Origin: a virus
Strand: one strand, 5' to 3'
IMG/VR virus record: IMGVR_UViG_3300044294_000190
Location: 1 to 64,000 of that record
Length of the DNA: 64,000 nt
Under the pieces are notes generated by a model. It worked only from the letters and a program-made list of their open reading frames with translations, was not told the DNA's origin and did no database searches. The position numbers were made by a program, and so were the translations under genes. Below, piece by piece: positions 38,062 through 47,895 of this stretch; the first letter of the stretch is position 1; each line of letters begins with the position of its first letter.

Positions 38062-39141
38062 TCAGGCAATTGCACCGCCCTTGGTGTTGATAACGACACG
38101 AGACTCGGCGGTAATCATGCCGAAGCCCCAAATCGCGTACCAAGCCAAACCGTGCTCACGACCAAAGTCAATGACACCACCGTCACGGAGTTCAACCGGG
38201 AGGGCAATGGCGTGACCGAAGGCGTTGTCACCAATCATCAGAGCGCTGTACGACGCGGCAGCAGGCGGTTGCGTACCAGCCGAGCCGCTGTCGATGTCAG
38301 CCGGGCCCTGGCCTTGCTTGACTTGCGTCGTCTCAATGAAGACAACGTCGTACAGGCGGCCAATTTCACCGAGCATGAAGTTGCCCGGGGCAGCGTACTT
38401 GGTGACTTCAATGAATTCCGGCCAGTCACGGAGCGCACGACTCTGCGACGGATGGACGAAGCACACGTAGGTGTCGCCCAGACGCGGAATGTTCTGACCA
38501 GCCAAGATTTCAACTGCGTCCTTGACGGTTGCAGGAGAGAGATAGCCCGGGCTTGCCGCAGTGCCAACAGTGCCTGCATCGTATGGCGAGATCGTTGTAC
38601 GAGCACCTTCCGCAACGTTGCGACCAAACACAACTGACGGAGGAACCGCAGCGCCACCAGCAAACGGAACTGCGCTCTGGTACAGCGTGTTGCGAGCTTG
38701 AATGTCCATGGACTGCGCCATGTGACGACCCAGCAGGCGCGAGGCCGAGGCCATCACGTCATCGAACGCCGCGTTCAAGAGCAGTTCAGTGACTGCAATG
38801 GCTTGACCGTGTTCCGAAACGGTGATCTGGATTTGCGAAGCCGAAAGAGCAACCGGCTCAAGACGAACACCCTCAGTGAGTGTTGCGCCGGTGCTTTCGT
38901 TCACGCCAAGATTCGTGTAACGCATAAAGTTAACCGTGAGACCCGGCATGACACCAAGCTCTGTCTTCTTCACTGCGAATTGCTCAAAGCGCAAAACGGG
39001 CATCGCCTGGAACAAAATTTCCTTGCTCCAAATTTGCTGGATTGCGGGTGAAAGCGTTGCATCAGACGAGTAACCCGTTGTCGTTACCGACGTAAGTCCC
39101 GCGCCTGTGATTGCTCCACCTTGTGGGGCTGGAAGTGCCAT
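38062..39141 (-). CDS. major capsid protein (N4-gp56 family)
   Basis: WSKEILFQAMP.LRFEQFA, VHPSQ, GEIGRL, DFGREH.LAWY; GGAGG SD; strong codon bias. Confidence 0.93.
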   Translation of the reverse strand: MALPAPQGGAITGAGLTSVTTTGYSSDATLSPAIQQIWSKEILFQAMPVLRFEQFAVKKTELGVMPGLTVNFMRYTNLGVNESTGATLTEGVRLEPVALSASQIQITVSEHGQAIAVTELLLNAAFDDVMASASRLLGRHMAQSMDIQARNTLYQSAVPFAGGAAVPPSVVFGRNVAEGARTTISPYDAGTVGTAASPGYLSPATVKDAVEILAGQNIPRLGDTYVCFVHPSQSRALRDWPEFIEVTKYAAPGNFMLGEIGRLYDVVFIETTQVKQGQGPADIDSGSAGTQPPAAASYSALMIGDNAFGHAIALPVELRDGGVIDFGREHGLAWYAIWGFGMITAESRVVINTKGGAIA

Positions 39142-39174
39142 GTTAGATTCCTCCGAAAGTTAATGGATGTTTTA

Positions 39175-39963
39175 TTAAAACCGACCTTTTGAGGATCGAG
39201 AGTTAAGTAACCTGTCTCTCATTTTAACATACTGATCCATCGACATGTTACGGATGTCTTCCGCAGTCAACGTTTGGTATTCCGCTTGGGTTTCCATAGG
39301 TCCAACCGGCGGGGCCGTAACCGGCGCACCTTTCACAGTGCGCGGAGTGGTCGCCTGTTGAACACTAGCAAGTATAGCAGCGCTTCGCTGCTTGAGGATT
39401 TCTACTGATGTTTCAATCTCTTCAGGAGACCCACCAGCAATAAGGTCAATAAGTTCCGGAATGATTGTTTCCTGTTCCTCGTGCATGCGGCGCTGACGGT
39501 AGGTCTCAAGTTCACGCAACAAACGTTCCTTTTCCAACAATGCCTGTTGCGCCTGGCGCTCCCGCTCAATTTGAGCAAAACGGTTCTGCCACTCAGCGTC
39601 GATGTTCTGGATCTTGGCGTTAAACTCGTCCTCTTTTTTGGACAGAAGCTCTTTGGCGCTTAGTTCCTCAAACTCTCGCTTGCGGCGCTCCTCTTCTTCT
39701 TTTCGTGCCGTTTCCTGAGCCTGTTTAATGGCGTCCTCACGATCACGAGCAAGAATAGCAAGTTGTTCTTCAAGAACCTTGGTTCGACTATCGGCTTCTT
39801 CAAGACGCTTGTACAGTTTGTCTTTTTCTTGCTTACGAATCAGCTCAACGTCTTCTTCAGAAAAGACGCGTTGCTTCTTTCCAGCGACCTCGGCGGCCTC
39901 TGCATGGAATGTTTCTGTCGCCTCTGCTGGGACGACAATTTCATCTGTTTCTCGCTTGCTCAT
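39175..39963 (-). CDS. capsid scaffolding protein
   Basis: Glu/Arg-rich coiled coil, RKQEKDKLY, between portal and capsid genes. Confidence 0.85.
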   Translation of the reverse strand: MSKRETDEIVVPAEATETFHAEAAEVAGKKQRVFSEEDVELIRKQEKDKLYKRLEEADSRTKVLEEQLAILARDREDAIKQAQETARKEEEERRKREFEELSAKELLSKKEDEFNAKIQNIDAEWQNRFAQIERERQAQQALLEKERLLRELETYRQRRMHEEQETIIPELIDLIAGGSPEEIETSVEILKQRSAAILASVQQATTPRTVKGAPVTAPPVGPMETQAEYQTLTAEDIRNMSMDQYVKMRDRLLNSRSSKGRF

Positions 39964-40014
39964 AATTTCTCCTATGTGTTGTTAAGCGATTACTAACTGA
40001 TATTAAATTACTTT

Positions 40015-41706
40015 TTATTTATCTTCATCAGGTACACGACGTTGGGCGAACCTTGCGCCGTATGCCCTGCTAGTTATTTTGTTCATCAAATCCAGTTCAA
40101 TGGGGTTTACCCCAGTCCCTGGCAGTACACCCCCACCTTGGGGATTTCCTGCAGTATTAACATTAGCACCTCCAGCGGAGGTCGTTTGCATTCCAGATGC
40201 TTCAGGCAACAGGCCGGTAGCAAGCATCACTGCCTGCCCAATTTGAGCACGAACAAGATCAAGCGCACCCTGGTCAACAGCGTCATCCATAAGTTCGTCA
40301 AAAATTTCAAGCATTTTTTCATTGGGAAACTCTTCGCCAAGGGCTTTAAGAGCACCCTTTTTTGACTCTAGACCAAGAGCCATTTTTGATTGAACCTCGT
40401 TAAGTTTAATTAAAGCATCAACAGGTAGAGGATCCGGCCAGTGGATAGTGGTTTTGTACGTGTTGGGGTCAGCCGGATCAAGTTGCGGAAGTTGATCGGC
40501 CTCTGGTTCTGCCGACTGTGTGGGATCGTAAAGCAACAATTGTGGTTCAAAGATTGCCGCAGTACGAATTACAATTTCATTCAAACGTTCGAGGCCTTGA
40601 GTAAAGTGGGTTTTTTTCATTTGGTAACGATTCATCAATGGCTGATACTGAATAGCAAGAGCAACACCACTGGTGTTTGAAACTGGTTGAAATTGTCCAA
40701 GTGCTGTTTCAGGAACACCCGTAATTTCATGCATTGCTCTCTTAATCATTTGAATGTATTCAAGGGCGCCAGACATTTCCCCCCGAGATTCAAGGTTAAA
40801 AACCTGTGCATCTTTGGGTAGCCCTGCCCACACTTTTTTAGGACCACGTTCAAGTTGGCTTGCCTTTGCACCGGTGATGATGGTTACCGGGGCGGCATGG
40901 TAGTTGATGATGTCAGATACTTCCGTCATCTTTTCGTTGAGTTCACGATTCAGTTGGATGATGTCCCAAATGTCCGACTGTCCCCAAGGCGACGACGTAA
41001 TTGTTACGTTTGGAATGTGGACAACAGGAACCATTCCTAAAGCATTGGGGTACTCGTCAATGAGCTCATCATTGATGTATTGTTGAACAGAACCATCGGT
41101 CAGTATTTCTGTAAAAGTGTAAACCTGACGAGTTCCTTCAGGAGAAGTCCCCCAAAAACGATACTTTAATTTAAAGCGGATCAAACGTTCACGGTCATGC
41201 GGGTGATATTCCGGAAAGCAGTGAGCAGGGTTGAGGGGAAGGATACGAATACGACCAGCTCGCGGCATGCCAGCAACGTCAACGTATGGTTCGTCGTAGG
41301 CAACTTTTACAAAACAATCACCAGTAACTGACGCAAGTTGGCCCATTTGCCATAGGAGGTAGTGCTTGTTATTGTGGTTGTCCCACACCTCGTGCAGTAG
41401 TCGAGGAATGATCGCTTGATTTTGTTCCGGAACTTTAAATTGCACTCCTTTACCAAAACAAAAGTTGGTAATGAAATCTGACATTGTACGAACGTAATTC
41501 ATTGTTACGTTGTTGTCTCCCATTTCGCGGCGGTATGACCAGTGGTGTCCGAGATACCACGCCCACGCGGATGAGTAACGGTTTAGACGCGGGCCGTGAA
41601 CTTCAAACTCTTCATCGGCAAGTTCCACCAAACCTAAAGGGCTGATGGCAACAGTCAAGTCGCTAGATGCCGCCCGGTAAGACGGTGACCAAAAGTCAAT
41701 GGGCAT
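40015..41706 (-). CDS. portal protein (SPP1 gp6-like)
   Basis: NY.R..SDF, TGDCFVKV, PVVHIPN, WGQSD, SGVAL. Confidence 0.92.
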   Translation of the reverse strand: MPIDFWSPSYRAASSDLTVAISPLGLVELADEEFEVHGPRLNRYSSAWAWYLGHHWSYRREMGDNNVTMNYVRTMSDFITNFCFGKGVQFKVPEQNQAIIPRLLHEVWDNHNNKHYLLWQMGQLASVTGDCFVKVAYDEPYVDVAGMPRAGRIRILPLNPAHCFPEYHPHDRERLIRFKLKYRFWGTSPEGTRQVYTFTEILTDGSVQQYINDELIDEYPNALGMVPVVHIPNVTITSSPWGQSDIWDIIQLNRELNEKMTEVSDIINYHAAPVTIITGAKASQLERGPKKVWAGLPKDAQVFNLESRGEMSGALEYIQMIKRAMHEITGVPETALGQFQPVSNTSGVALAIQYQPLMNRYQMKKTHFTQGLERLNEIVIRTAAIFEPQLLLYDPTQSAEPEADQLPQLDPADPNTYKTTIHWPDPLPVDALIKLNEVQSKMALGLESKKGALKALGEEFPNEKMLEIFDELMDDAVDQGALDLVRAQIGQAVMLATGLLPEASGMQTTSAGGANVNTAGNPQGGGVLPGTGVNPIELDLMNKITSRAYGARFAQRRVPDEDK

Positions 41707-41730
41707 TAATTAACCTCGATTGAAAAAGAA

Positions 41731-41997
41731 CTACTTTTTCTTTTTTGCAGGGACTTTTGTAGGTGTTGCGCTCTTCTTTTTGTCCTGCTCAACAGCGGCA
41801 ACCGCCAATTTGACAAGCAACGCCGTGTTTTTATCACCAATCTTAGTGGACAGCCACGAAAGGCCCGCCGCAACTGCCGGGATGGCAAGTGCAACAACTT
41901 CAGTAGACACGTTTGCTTTGACAGCAACGTAAGTTAAAACGCCAAGAACAGAGCCCTTAATAACAGCGTCTTGGTGAAACTTTTGTAAATTGTTCAT
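41731..41997 (-). CDS. small membrane protein (holin-like)
   Basis: Two hydrophobic helices, basic C-terminus. Confidence 0.6.
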   Translation of the reverse strand: MNNLQKFHQDAVIKGSVLGVLTYVAVKANVSTEVVALAIPAVAAGLSWLSTKIGDKNTALLVKLAVAAVEQDKKKSATPTKVPAKKKK

Positions 41998-42020
41998 ATG
42001 ATCTCCTAATGTTTCTTAAA

Positions 42021-42656
42021 TTATACAGGTTTGGTGGGTTTTTTGGAAATGTCTGATTCTTGTACGTATGTGTGGTATGGAGCACCAGTATACGGATCAA
42101 ATTTAGCAGCTGCCGCCAACGCCTTAATTGCATGTTTCTTTGCGGTTCCAAGAGATGTTTTTGTCTTTGTTTGCAATGCATGCAGTGCCCCCATTGCGTA
42201 TTGGGCTCCCGTTCCCAGGGCGTAAACACCGTTTAAATCGGAATACCACGAGTAATTGCCTTCAATAGTGTAGAGCGTCCCATTGACAGCAACGATGATT
42301 GACGAGCCGTGTTCAGCAATGTGTTCTTTTTCGTCGTTGTCTGGGGCGGCATAACCTTGAAGCTCAAAGCACTCCCTCAACGCCGGAATAAATTTAGTTG
42401 TAATGAATTGATCAAGTTTTCGACCACGCGTCTTTGGCGGAGGTGCTGGAGGTTGAAAAGCATGGTGGAGCAAGTTAATAGCTCTTACGTCACCGGCGGC
42501 CCCCAATAAATATTTACCATTAAACGCAACTTTTCCTGCGTTTTCTTTTAGTGTTACTAATTGAGTGGCATACCCCTCCTCAACAAAATCAGTAACTTGA
42601 GAATCGGTACAGATGAGCGCAAACCCATCTCCTTGAATGCCAATAATAGTTGTCAT
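42021..42656 (-). CDS. HslV/proteasome-beta-like Ntn threonine protease
   Basis: MTTII, DSQVT, K, GAAG, ALGTG..YA.GAL, D.YTG. Confidence 0.9.
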   Translation of the reverse strand: MTTIIGIQGDGFALICTDSQVTDFVEEGYATQLVTLKENAGKVAFNGKYLLGAAGDVRAINLLHHAFQPPAPPPKTRGRKLDQFITTKFIPALRECFELQGYAAPDNDEKEHIAEHGSSIIVAVNGTLYTIEGNYSWYSDLNGVYALGTGAQYAMGALHALQTKTKTSLGTAKKHAIKALAAAAKFDPYTGAPYHTYVQESDISKKPTKPV

Positions 42657-43828
42657 TTTTTATTTTTTGTCTCAATTGTTTTTGCAAAAAGTTCCGTGTT
42701 TTCATATATAGCCCAACCACTATAAATTGGAATTACTTCGTATTTAAATCGGTGTTCTCCGTTTGTTTCGTAAGTAACCACACTAAAACCTTGTTGCCAA
42801 TTTTCATAACGTGTAAGCGGCCTTCCATCAAGATCCACACCACCTCTTGTAGACGGTACAGCACCATCAATCCGAGCAAGACAACCTGGAGACGCAGCCA
42901 TGATAGTGCGAGGTCCAGAAAAATCTTCACGAGTTTTAAACGCAGTTTCAATTCGATGAATGTGACCATAAATCACGCTCGTTTTTTCATTGTTAAGGTA
43001 AACGTGGGCAGTTGAACCGGATGATTTAACACGATCTCCGTGAATAACGCGAAGTTTTTCGTTAATCCAATAATCTGATGCCGGATATCCAGGCCGGTAT
43101 TCAACACCATATTCCTCCATCCTGCACAAATACGGAATAGTAAGTACAGGCCACGAGTCAGGGATATTTCCTTTTCGCAACCCATACGCTGCTGCCGCAT
43201 TTGTCAGTAAATATTTTGGCATTCGTTCCTCGTGATTGCCTGCAAGCCAAATGATTTTGGCTTTTGGAGCAGCTGCCCGCATTTGTGCGCAGAATGTAGT
43301 AGCGCGGTCAATAGCCGCTTGGGTAGTTTGTTGATAAGCAGGAGTGGTCAAATACTTGCCCATTTCAGGCAAATCTAAGTTATCTCCTACGCACACAATA
43401 GTTTCTGGCTGAATCATTGTAATAGCTTCCATTACCACCGCAATAGCTTTTTCGTCGTGAGTTTCGTACAACACGCCGTCTCTGCCGCGATAGTAACCAA
43501 TTTGTGCGTCTGGAACAATTACGTCTTTTTTAAATGTCCCACGTGTTTTTGTAATTCCTTTTTTCTTTTCAATAATTTGAACGGGACCACGTTGGATTAC
43601 CGGCCACTCAGGTCCCTGCTCCCATTTAGGAGAAAATTGAATTGCCGCAAGGTCCTGTACTTCTGCTTCATTTTGATCGTTTTTAAACATTTGTTGATAC
43701 AAAGAAACTTGTTTAATATCACCAATGTCTTCAAGCGAAATGTTTTTTCGTTCAAGCAGCTCAGCAATTTTTCCAAGCAGTTTTTCTTTTTGTTGCGTTT
43801 TTAAAACGTCATTCACTATGTTCGACAC
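42653..43828 (-). CDS. calcineurin-like metallophosphoesterase
   Basis: PDAQ, GDNLD, GNHE, HGD, GHIHR. Confidence 0.9.
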   Translation of the reverse strand: MSNIVNDVLKTQQKEKLLGKIAELLERKNISLEDIGDIKQVSLYQQMFKNDQNEAEVQDLAAIQFSPKWEQGPEWPVIQRGPVQIIEKKKGITKTRGTFKKDVIVPDAQIGYYRGRDGVLYETHDEKAIAVVMEAITMIQPETIVCVGDNLDLPEMGKYLTTPAYQQTTQAAIDRATTFCAQMRAAAPKAKIIWLAGNHEERMPKYLLTNAAAAYGLRKGNIPDSWPVLTIPYLCRMEEYGVEYRPGYPASDYWINEKLRVIHGDRVKSSGSTAHVYLNNEKTSVIYGHIHRIETAFKTREDFSGPRTIMAASPGCLARIDGAVPSTRGGVDLDGRPLTRYENWQQGFSVVTYETNGEHRFKYEVIPIYSGWAIYENTELFAKTIETKNKK

Positions 43829-44093
43829 AAGAGCACTCCTTGTTTACGTGACGTTGAATTGCTGAAACACTAATGTTTAATTTATTTTTTCGCATGATTC
43901 GAGCCAACCACACGGTACTGTACGTTTTACCGTGACCACTTCCAGTGTCTTTTCTAATCAATGAAATTGCGTCGTAAAGAGCTTTTTGCTCAGATTCGTC
44001 CTTCAACGAATTCAGAATTTTTATAAACTTACACTCTCGGTTCAATACCTTTGGTGCGGCTTGTAAATCAGAAATTAAAGAGCTTTTAGACAT
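43809..44093 (-). CDS. small putative DNA/Zn-binding protein
   Basis: C...ISVSAIQRHVNKECSC. Confidence 0.7.
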   Translation of the reverse strand: MSKSSLISDLQAAPKVLNRECKFIKILNSLKDESEQKALYDAISLIRKDTGSGHGKTYSTVWLARIMRKNKLNISVSAIQRHVNKECSCVEHSE

Positions 44094-44232
44094 GGCTCTT
44101 CTTCTTTTTGCGGCGATCTACCAGTTCTTTGTCAAGTCGACCAAGAAGAGAAAATAGCAATTCTTCTTCAATTGATCCTGGATAAACTTTGCGGAGGAAA
44201 TAGATGATAAGTTTGAGGTCGTCGGTGCTCAC
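44086..44232 (-). CDS. 48-aa hypothetical protein
   Basis: Hand-translated MSTDDLKLIIYFLRKVYPG...KKSHV; TAGAGT 7 nt upstream of the GTG. Confidence 0.6.
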   Translation of the reverse strand: MSTDDLKLIIYFLRKVYPGSIEEELLFSLLGRLDKELVDRRKKKKSHV

Positions 44233-44251
44233 GTAATCAACTCTACCCTAT

Positions 44252-44824
44252 TTAAGGTAGAATGTCAACTATGGGAGCAACATTGTTCTTTTGCATGTAT
44301 TCCACAACCGCTGGGGGCGGGGTCGAGCCCCTTACGTAGCGCAAGTGCCACGGCTCTTCTGGAACAACTTCCCAGCTAAATCCAAACGTGGAAACGTTAT
44401 CAATAAGCCACTTTAAACGCTTGGGTTCGGCGGCAGTATGCACGTCAACAGCAATACCAAGATTATGTTGAGATGTTCCAGGCGCGGCAAGGCTGGCAAG
44501 TTTGGGGTCTTTTTTATACCATTTGACACCGTTAAACATTCGCGTTGCATTGCCGTTTGGTTTTTTTGTGTAGCGTTGTTTAAACGCCGCAAGTTGAGCA
44601 TCATACGTGCGATAGGTATCGCCAGCCGAAACGGGCTTCAGTTCAACACCATCAGCCTTTGCTTTTTCGACCATCGCCGCCCACGCAGCAGCCGCAATCC
44701 AATGCAATTTGCCACCACCAACGGCTGGGCGCAACAGCGAATCGGGAAGTCTGCCCGGCTCAACACCCTTTAGATCATCGGGAAGTTTTACAGGAACAAC
44801 GTAGTCCCAAGCAACCTTAGACAT
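44252..44824 (-). CDS. endolysin, M15 (VanY-like) peptidase
   Basis: YRTYDAQ, AAPGTSQHNLGIAVD, EPWH. Confidence 0.9.
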   Translation of the reverse strand: MSKVAWDYVVPVKLPDDLKGVEPGRLPDSLLRPAVGGGKLHWIAAAAWAAMVEKAKADGVELKPVSAGDTYRTYDAQLAAFKQRYTKKPNGNATRMFNGVKWYKKDPKLASLAAPGTSQHNLGIAVDVHTAAEPKRLKWLIDNVSTFGFSWEVVPEEPWHLRYVRGSTPPPAVVEYMQKNNVAPIVDILP

Positions 44825-45098
44825 TGTTATCCTCAGTAGTAGTGCTTTCTTCATCTTCTCGATTGCGGCCAGTAGAAATCATCAAACCAGCAAGAGTGCC
44901 GGTAATAAAGGTAGCAATTGACGACAAAACGCTAAAAAACATTTTATCATTTTCTGATTGAACCCCAATTGGTTGAGCTACAAACACCAATGCATACAAA
45001 ACCCCTGTGGTAGTAATTAACAACACCCCAGCCAATACACAACCTACGATAAACTTAAGTCGTGCGTCAAGGTCTTCTGAGGTAAGCTTATCTTTCAT
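44817..45098 (-). CDS. two-TM membrane protein (lysis cassette)
   Basis: Two hydrophobic helices around FVAQP..QSEND. Confidence 0.75.
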   Translation of the reverse strand: MKDKLTSEDLDARLKFIVGCVLAGVLLITTTGVLYALVFVAQPIGVQSENDKMFFSVLSSIATFITGTLAGLMISTGRNREDEESTTTEDNNV

Positions 45099-45283
45099 TC
45101 TTCTGTCTCCTGTTCCCAATCAAAATCAATGAGGTCTTTTGAACATGCGCCATCTACCTTGCAATAAGGAGGGTTACAAGCCTCTTCTTCCCATTTCTCA
45201 GGATCTTGGCATTCGTATCTATAGTGGCCGTCATATCCGCATCCAGCAAGAAACAGCAGTAAAACGACAACGACATTTTTCAT
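45095..45283 (-). CDS. small Cys-rich lipoprotein
   Basis: Lipobox LAGC, then YRYECQDP..C.PP.C...C. Confidence 0.8.
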   Translation of the reverse strand: MKNVVVVLLLFLAGCGYDGHYRYECQDPEKWEEEACNPPYCKVDGACSKDLIDFDWEQETEE

Positions 45284-45534
45284 TAAACCTCTTCTTTTGG
45301 AGCTTTTTTGTCCACCTTTGCAAAAACAGCATTAATTTCATCCGTGTCAAGTTTTCCGTCATCAAGAAATTCTCGAGCCAAACCTTCGGCCACCGTGGCT
45401 ACACCAGCAATTCCCGCCATAAACACGGCTTTCCAAACAGGAACTCCGGCAATAGTTCCAGCGCCAATAATCCCAAGGCCGCTTGCGGCAAATGTCGCAA
45501 GCATACGAAGAAGAATATTTTTTAAAACTGACAT
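45283..45534 (-). CDS. holin-like membrane protein
   Basis: Two TM segments followed by EF-hand-like DDGKLDTDE. Confidence 0.7.
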   Translation of the reverse strand: MSVLKNILLRMLATFAASGLGIIGAGTIAGVPVWKAVFMAGIAGVATVAEGLAREFLDDGKLDTDEINAVFAKVDKKAPKEEV

Positions 45535-45537
45535 AAC

Positions 45538-45753
45538 TTACTTTTTCGTAACATGCCACTCAATGTGGTCATTTAGTCGAGTGCCTACTTTGTCAACGCT
45601 TCTCTTAACATTTTTTATTTCATTCATTACAACGTCATGGTCAACTTTGTTTTCATGTCTAAAATCAATCACAAACTTAATGAGATAACCAATACCTGCA
45701 CCAAACAATGGAATGGTTGTGCTTACTATTGCAATCCAAATCGCCTCATTCAT
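45538..45753 (-). CDS. single-TM coiled-coil protein
   Basis: N-terminal TM, C-terminal RLNDHIEWH. Confidence 0.75.
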   Translation of the reverse strand: MNEAIWIAIVSTTIPLFGAGIGYLIKFVIDFRHENKVDHDVVMNEIKNVKRSVDKVGTRLNDHIEWHVTKK

Positions 45754-45755
45754 AA

Positions 45756-46904
45756 TTATGCACGTCGTCCCTTTTTACGAATGTTTATTGGAACAGCATT
45801 GGAGTATTTAGTGGGAATACCTTCCGCAGATCCAATTGAAGCATCTGGGTTAAGTGGTCGAATAAAACTACTTGGGCCAGCTTTATATCCAGACCGTCTA
45901 AACCCAGGGGTAATCTTGTGACGAAGCAACCCAACTTTTCCACCATGACCCATATACTCGTCTAAGAAACGTACATCATGGGTATCCGAATCGTAAGTAG
46001 AAAAAGTTTGGCGGTTACCATGGCGGTCAACCATGTCCCATTGTTTTGGCTTTTTCTGACCATCTTTTGCCCATACAACAGCCTGTGCTGTTTTACCCGC
46101 GTCAACTCGTTGACGCACGCGTTCAACAGGGGTCTGTTCGCTAATACTTCCAGTTAGCCTGTAGTTAGCAGGAACATCGTAGTCAAACTCGCGCTCACCG
46201 GGGCGCAACACTCTGTTCATTGTTTGTTTTGTGTAGTTTGAATGCGTAAGATACGGGTAAGCTTTAGCCAATCCAATGGCTTCATTGTCACGAGAACCTT
46301 TTATATTAAAGTCGTGAATCCACGGACCAGCCATTGTTGTTTGATGCCACGGAACATCAGACCACATGTTTCCTCGCAAAACAGGAATCATTCCAGAAGA
46401 TCGCGCTAATCTAGCACCTTTGCGAGATTCCATAATTGCCAACGCTCCGGCATATTGTGGATTCTCTGCCCAATATGCAGAACGAATCTTTTGCGCTTGG
46501 ATTACGGCGTTGTTTTCTGGTGACCCTATGCCAGCATGGCCGCTTTCGGCGTTGCATAACGTTGTGCACTCTGGTGTCCTACAACCAGAGCAGGAGTCAA
46601 AAATTCCACTAGTATCTGCATGAGCAAGAGACATTCCCATTTGATGCGTGGCCCTAACTCGAGGGTCTGGGTGCTCTAAATTTTTTAGAATTTTTGTATT
46701 TTGCCAAGCTCTTCTTCTTGGTCCCGGACCTTGAGAACCACTAATCATCTGCAATCCAGCGCCACCACGAGAAGTCTGTGAGCTCTTAAACAAATCCCAA
46801 TCGTTTTGAACTTTACGTTGCCCTTCAAAAGTAGAAAGAAGTGCTCGGTATTCAGATTCACTTACAGAGTTGACAATGTCCGTCAACGGTTTCTTACGTG
46901 CCAT
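45756..46904 (-). CDS. GP88-like protein
   Basis: C...T..C...C...GH, RGNMWSD, NYTK, NYRLT.S.SE, D..D.RFLD. Confidence 0.7.
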   Translation of the reverse strand: MARKKPLTDIVNSVSESEYRALLSTFEGQRKVQNDWDLFKSSQTSRGGAGLQMISGSQGPGPRRRAWQNTKILKNLEHPDPRVRATHQMGMSLAHADTSGIFDSCSGCRTPECTTLCNAESGHAGIGSPENNAVIQAQKIRSAYWAENPQYAGALAIMESRKGARLARSSGMIPVLRGNMWSDVPWHQTTMAGPWIHDFNIKGSRDNEAIGLAKAYPYLTHSNYTKQTMNRVLRPGEREFDYDVPANYRLTGSISEQTPVERVRQRVDAGKTAQAVVWAKDGQKKPKQWDMVDRHGNRQTFSTYDSDTHDVRFLDEYMGHGGKVGLLRHKITPGFRRSGYKAGPSSFIRPLNPDASIGSAEGIPTKYSNAVPINIRKKGRRA

Positions 46905-46906
46905 AT

Positions 46907-47446
46907 TTATTCTCCTATTGGGTAGTCGTATTTATCTTTTTTACCTTCCGACACATGCATAGAACGACGACGAAGATCGTCTTCCTGCAACAGTCGGCCA
47001 ACTTCTTCAGGTTTTGCCACGCTGGATTTCTTTTGATCAAGTATTGGTTTTTGAGGACCAAAAGTATCTATTGGATTTTGAAATTGCACTGAAGATATGA
47101 TTTGATTATCATTACCATCTCCGGCAAGGTTTTTTTGCACAGAATACCCGGTTGGCTGATATGTATTTACCCCAAGTACGTTTTTAAGGAATGTAGTCAA
47201 AACAAAAGGATGTCGACGTTCCCGAACCTTGGGCGGCGGGGCAACTTGAAAAACTGCGTTAAATGCATTAATGCGGCTTTGATACATCCCAGGACTGTAG
47301 ACACCCGGGGTGTAATAACCTTGCGGGGATAAACCGTAGCGCTGGGCAATACCCGACTGCAGGTCTTCCGTGTCTGTCAGCCGATCAGTTGGCTCATCAG
47401 CCTCGCTGACACCAATGTCGGCGCCAGTGTCTGCGCCGCCTTCCAT
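46907..47446 (-). CDS. hypothetical protein
   Basis: 179 aa ORF. Confidence 0.7.
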   Translation of the reverse strand: MEGGADTGADIGVSEADEPTDRLTDTEDLQSGIAQRYGLSPQGYYTPGVYSPGMYQSRINAFNAVFQVAPPPKVRERRHPFVLTTFLKNVLGVNTYQPTGYSVQKNLAGDGNDNQIISSVQFQNPIDTFGPQKPILDQKKSSVAKPEEVGRLLQEDDLRRRSMHVSEGKKDKYDYPIGE

Positions 47447-47448
47447 AG

Positions 47449-47856
47449 CTAGTCAGAAACAACCGTGGGGTTCGGGCGGTTCATGTGGCCGCCATCGTTG
47501 TAAGAGTACTCCCACTGCGGCATTCCATCGCCAGCCATTGCTCCCTCAACAAACTCGCTAAGCACTGACGGCGCTTCAATCCAGGAAGCTGAACCTACGT
47601 GTGCTCGCTCGCGCATGGTGTCTGCGGCGTGTTTGTAGAACATTTCCGCGTTGTTGTGGTTTTGACGCCTTGGTGATGGGGCAGTGTCCATGTACGCGCC
47701 GACTGCAAAGTCATTTGGAACGTCGGTGTCGGTTGCGACACCCTCCTCAAAGCGGAGGGGACCCTTATTCATCGGGATGCTCGGGGCCATTGAGCGCTCG
47801 AAAAGAATCTCGTCTCGGCTTCGCTCAGGGAACATTGGGGCAGGTGAAACTGTCAT
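47449..47856 (-). CDS. hypothetical phage protein
   Basis: GPLRFEEGVATDTDVP, RERAHVGSASW; strong SD and codon bias. Confidence 0.8.
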   Translation of the reverse strand: MTVSPAPMFPERSRDEILFERSMAPSIPMNKGPLRFEEGVATDTDVPNDFAVGAYMDTAPSPRRQNHNNAEMFYKHAADTMRERAHVGSASWIEAPSVLSEFVEGAMAGDGMPQWEYSYNDGGHMNRPNPTVVSD

Positions 47857-47895
47857 GTAACACTCCTTAGATTGACGTGTTACTCAAGAATACCA

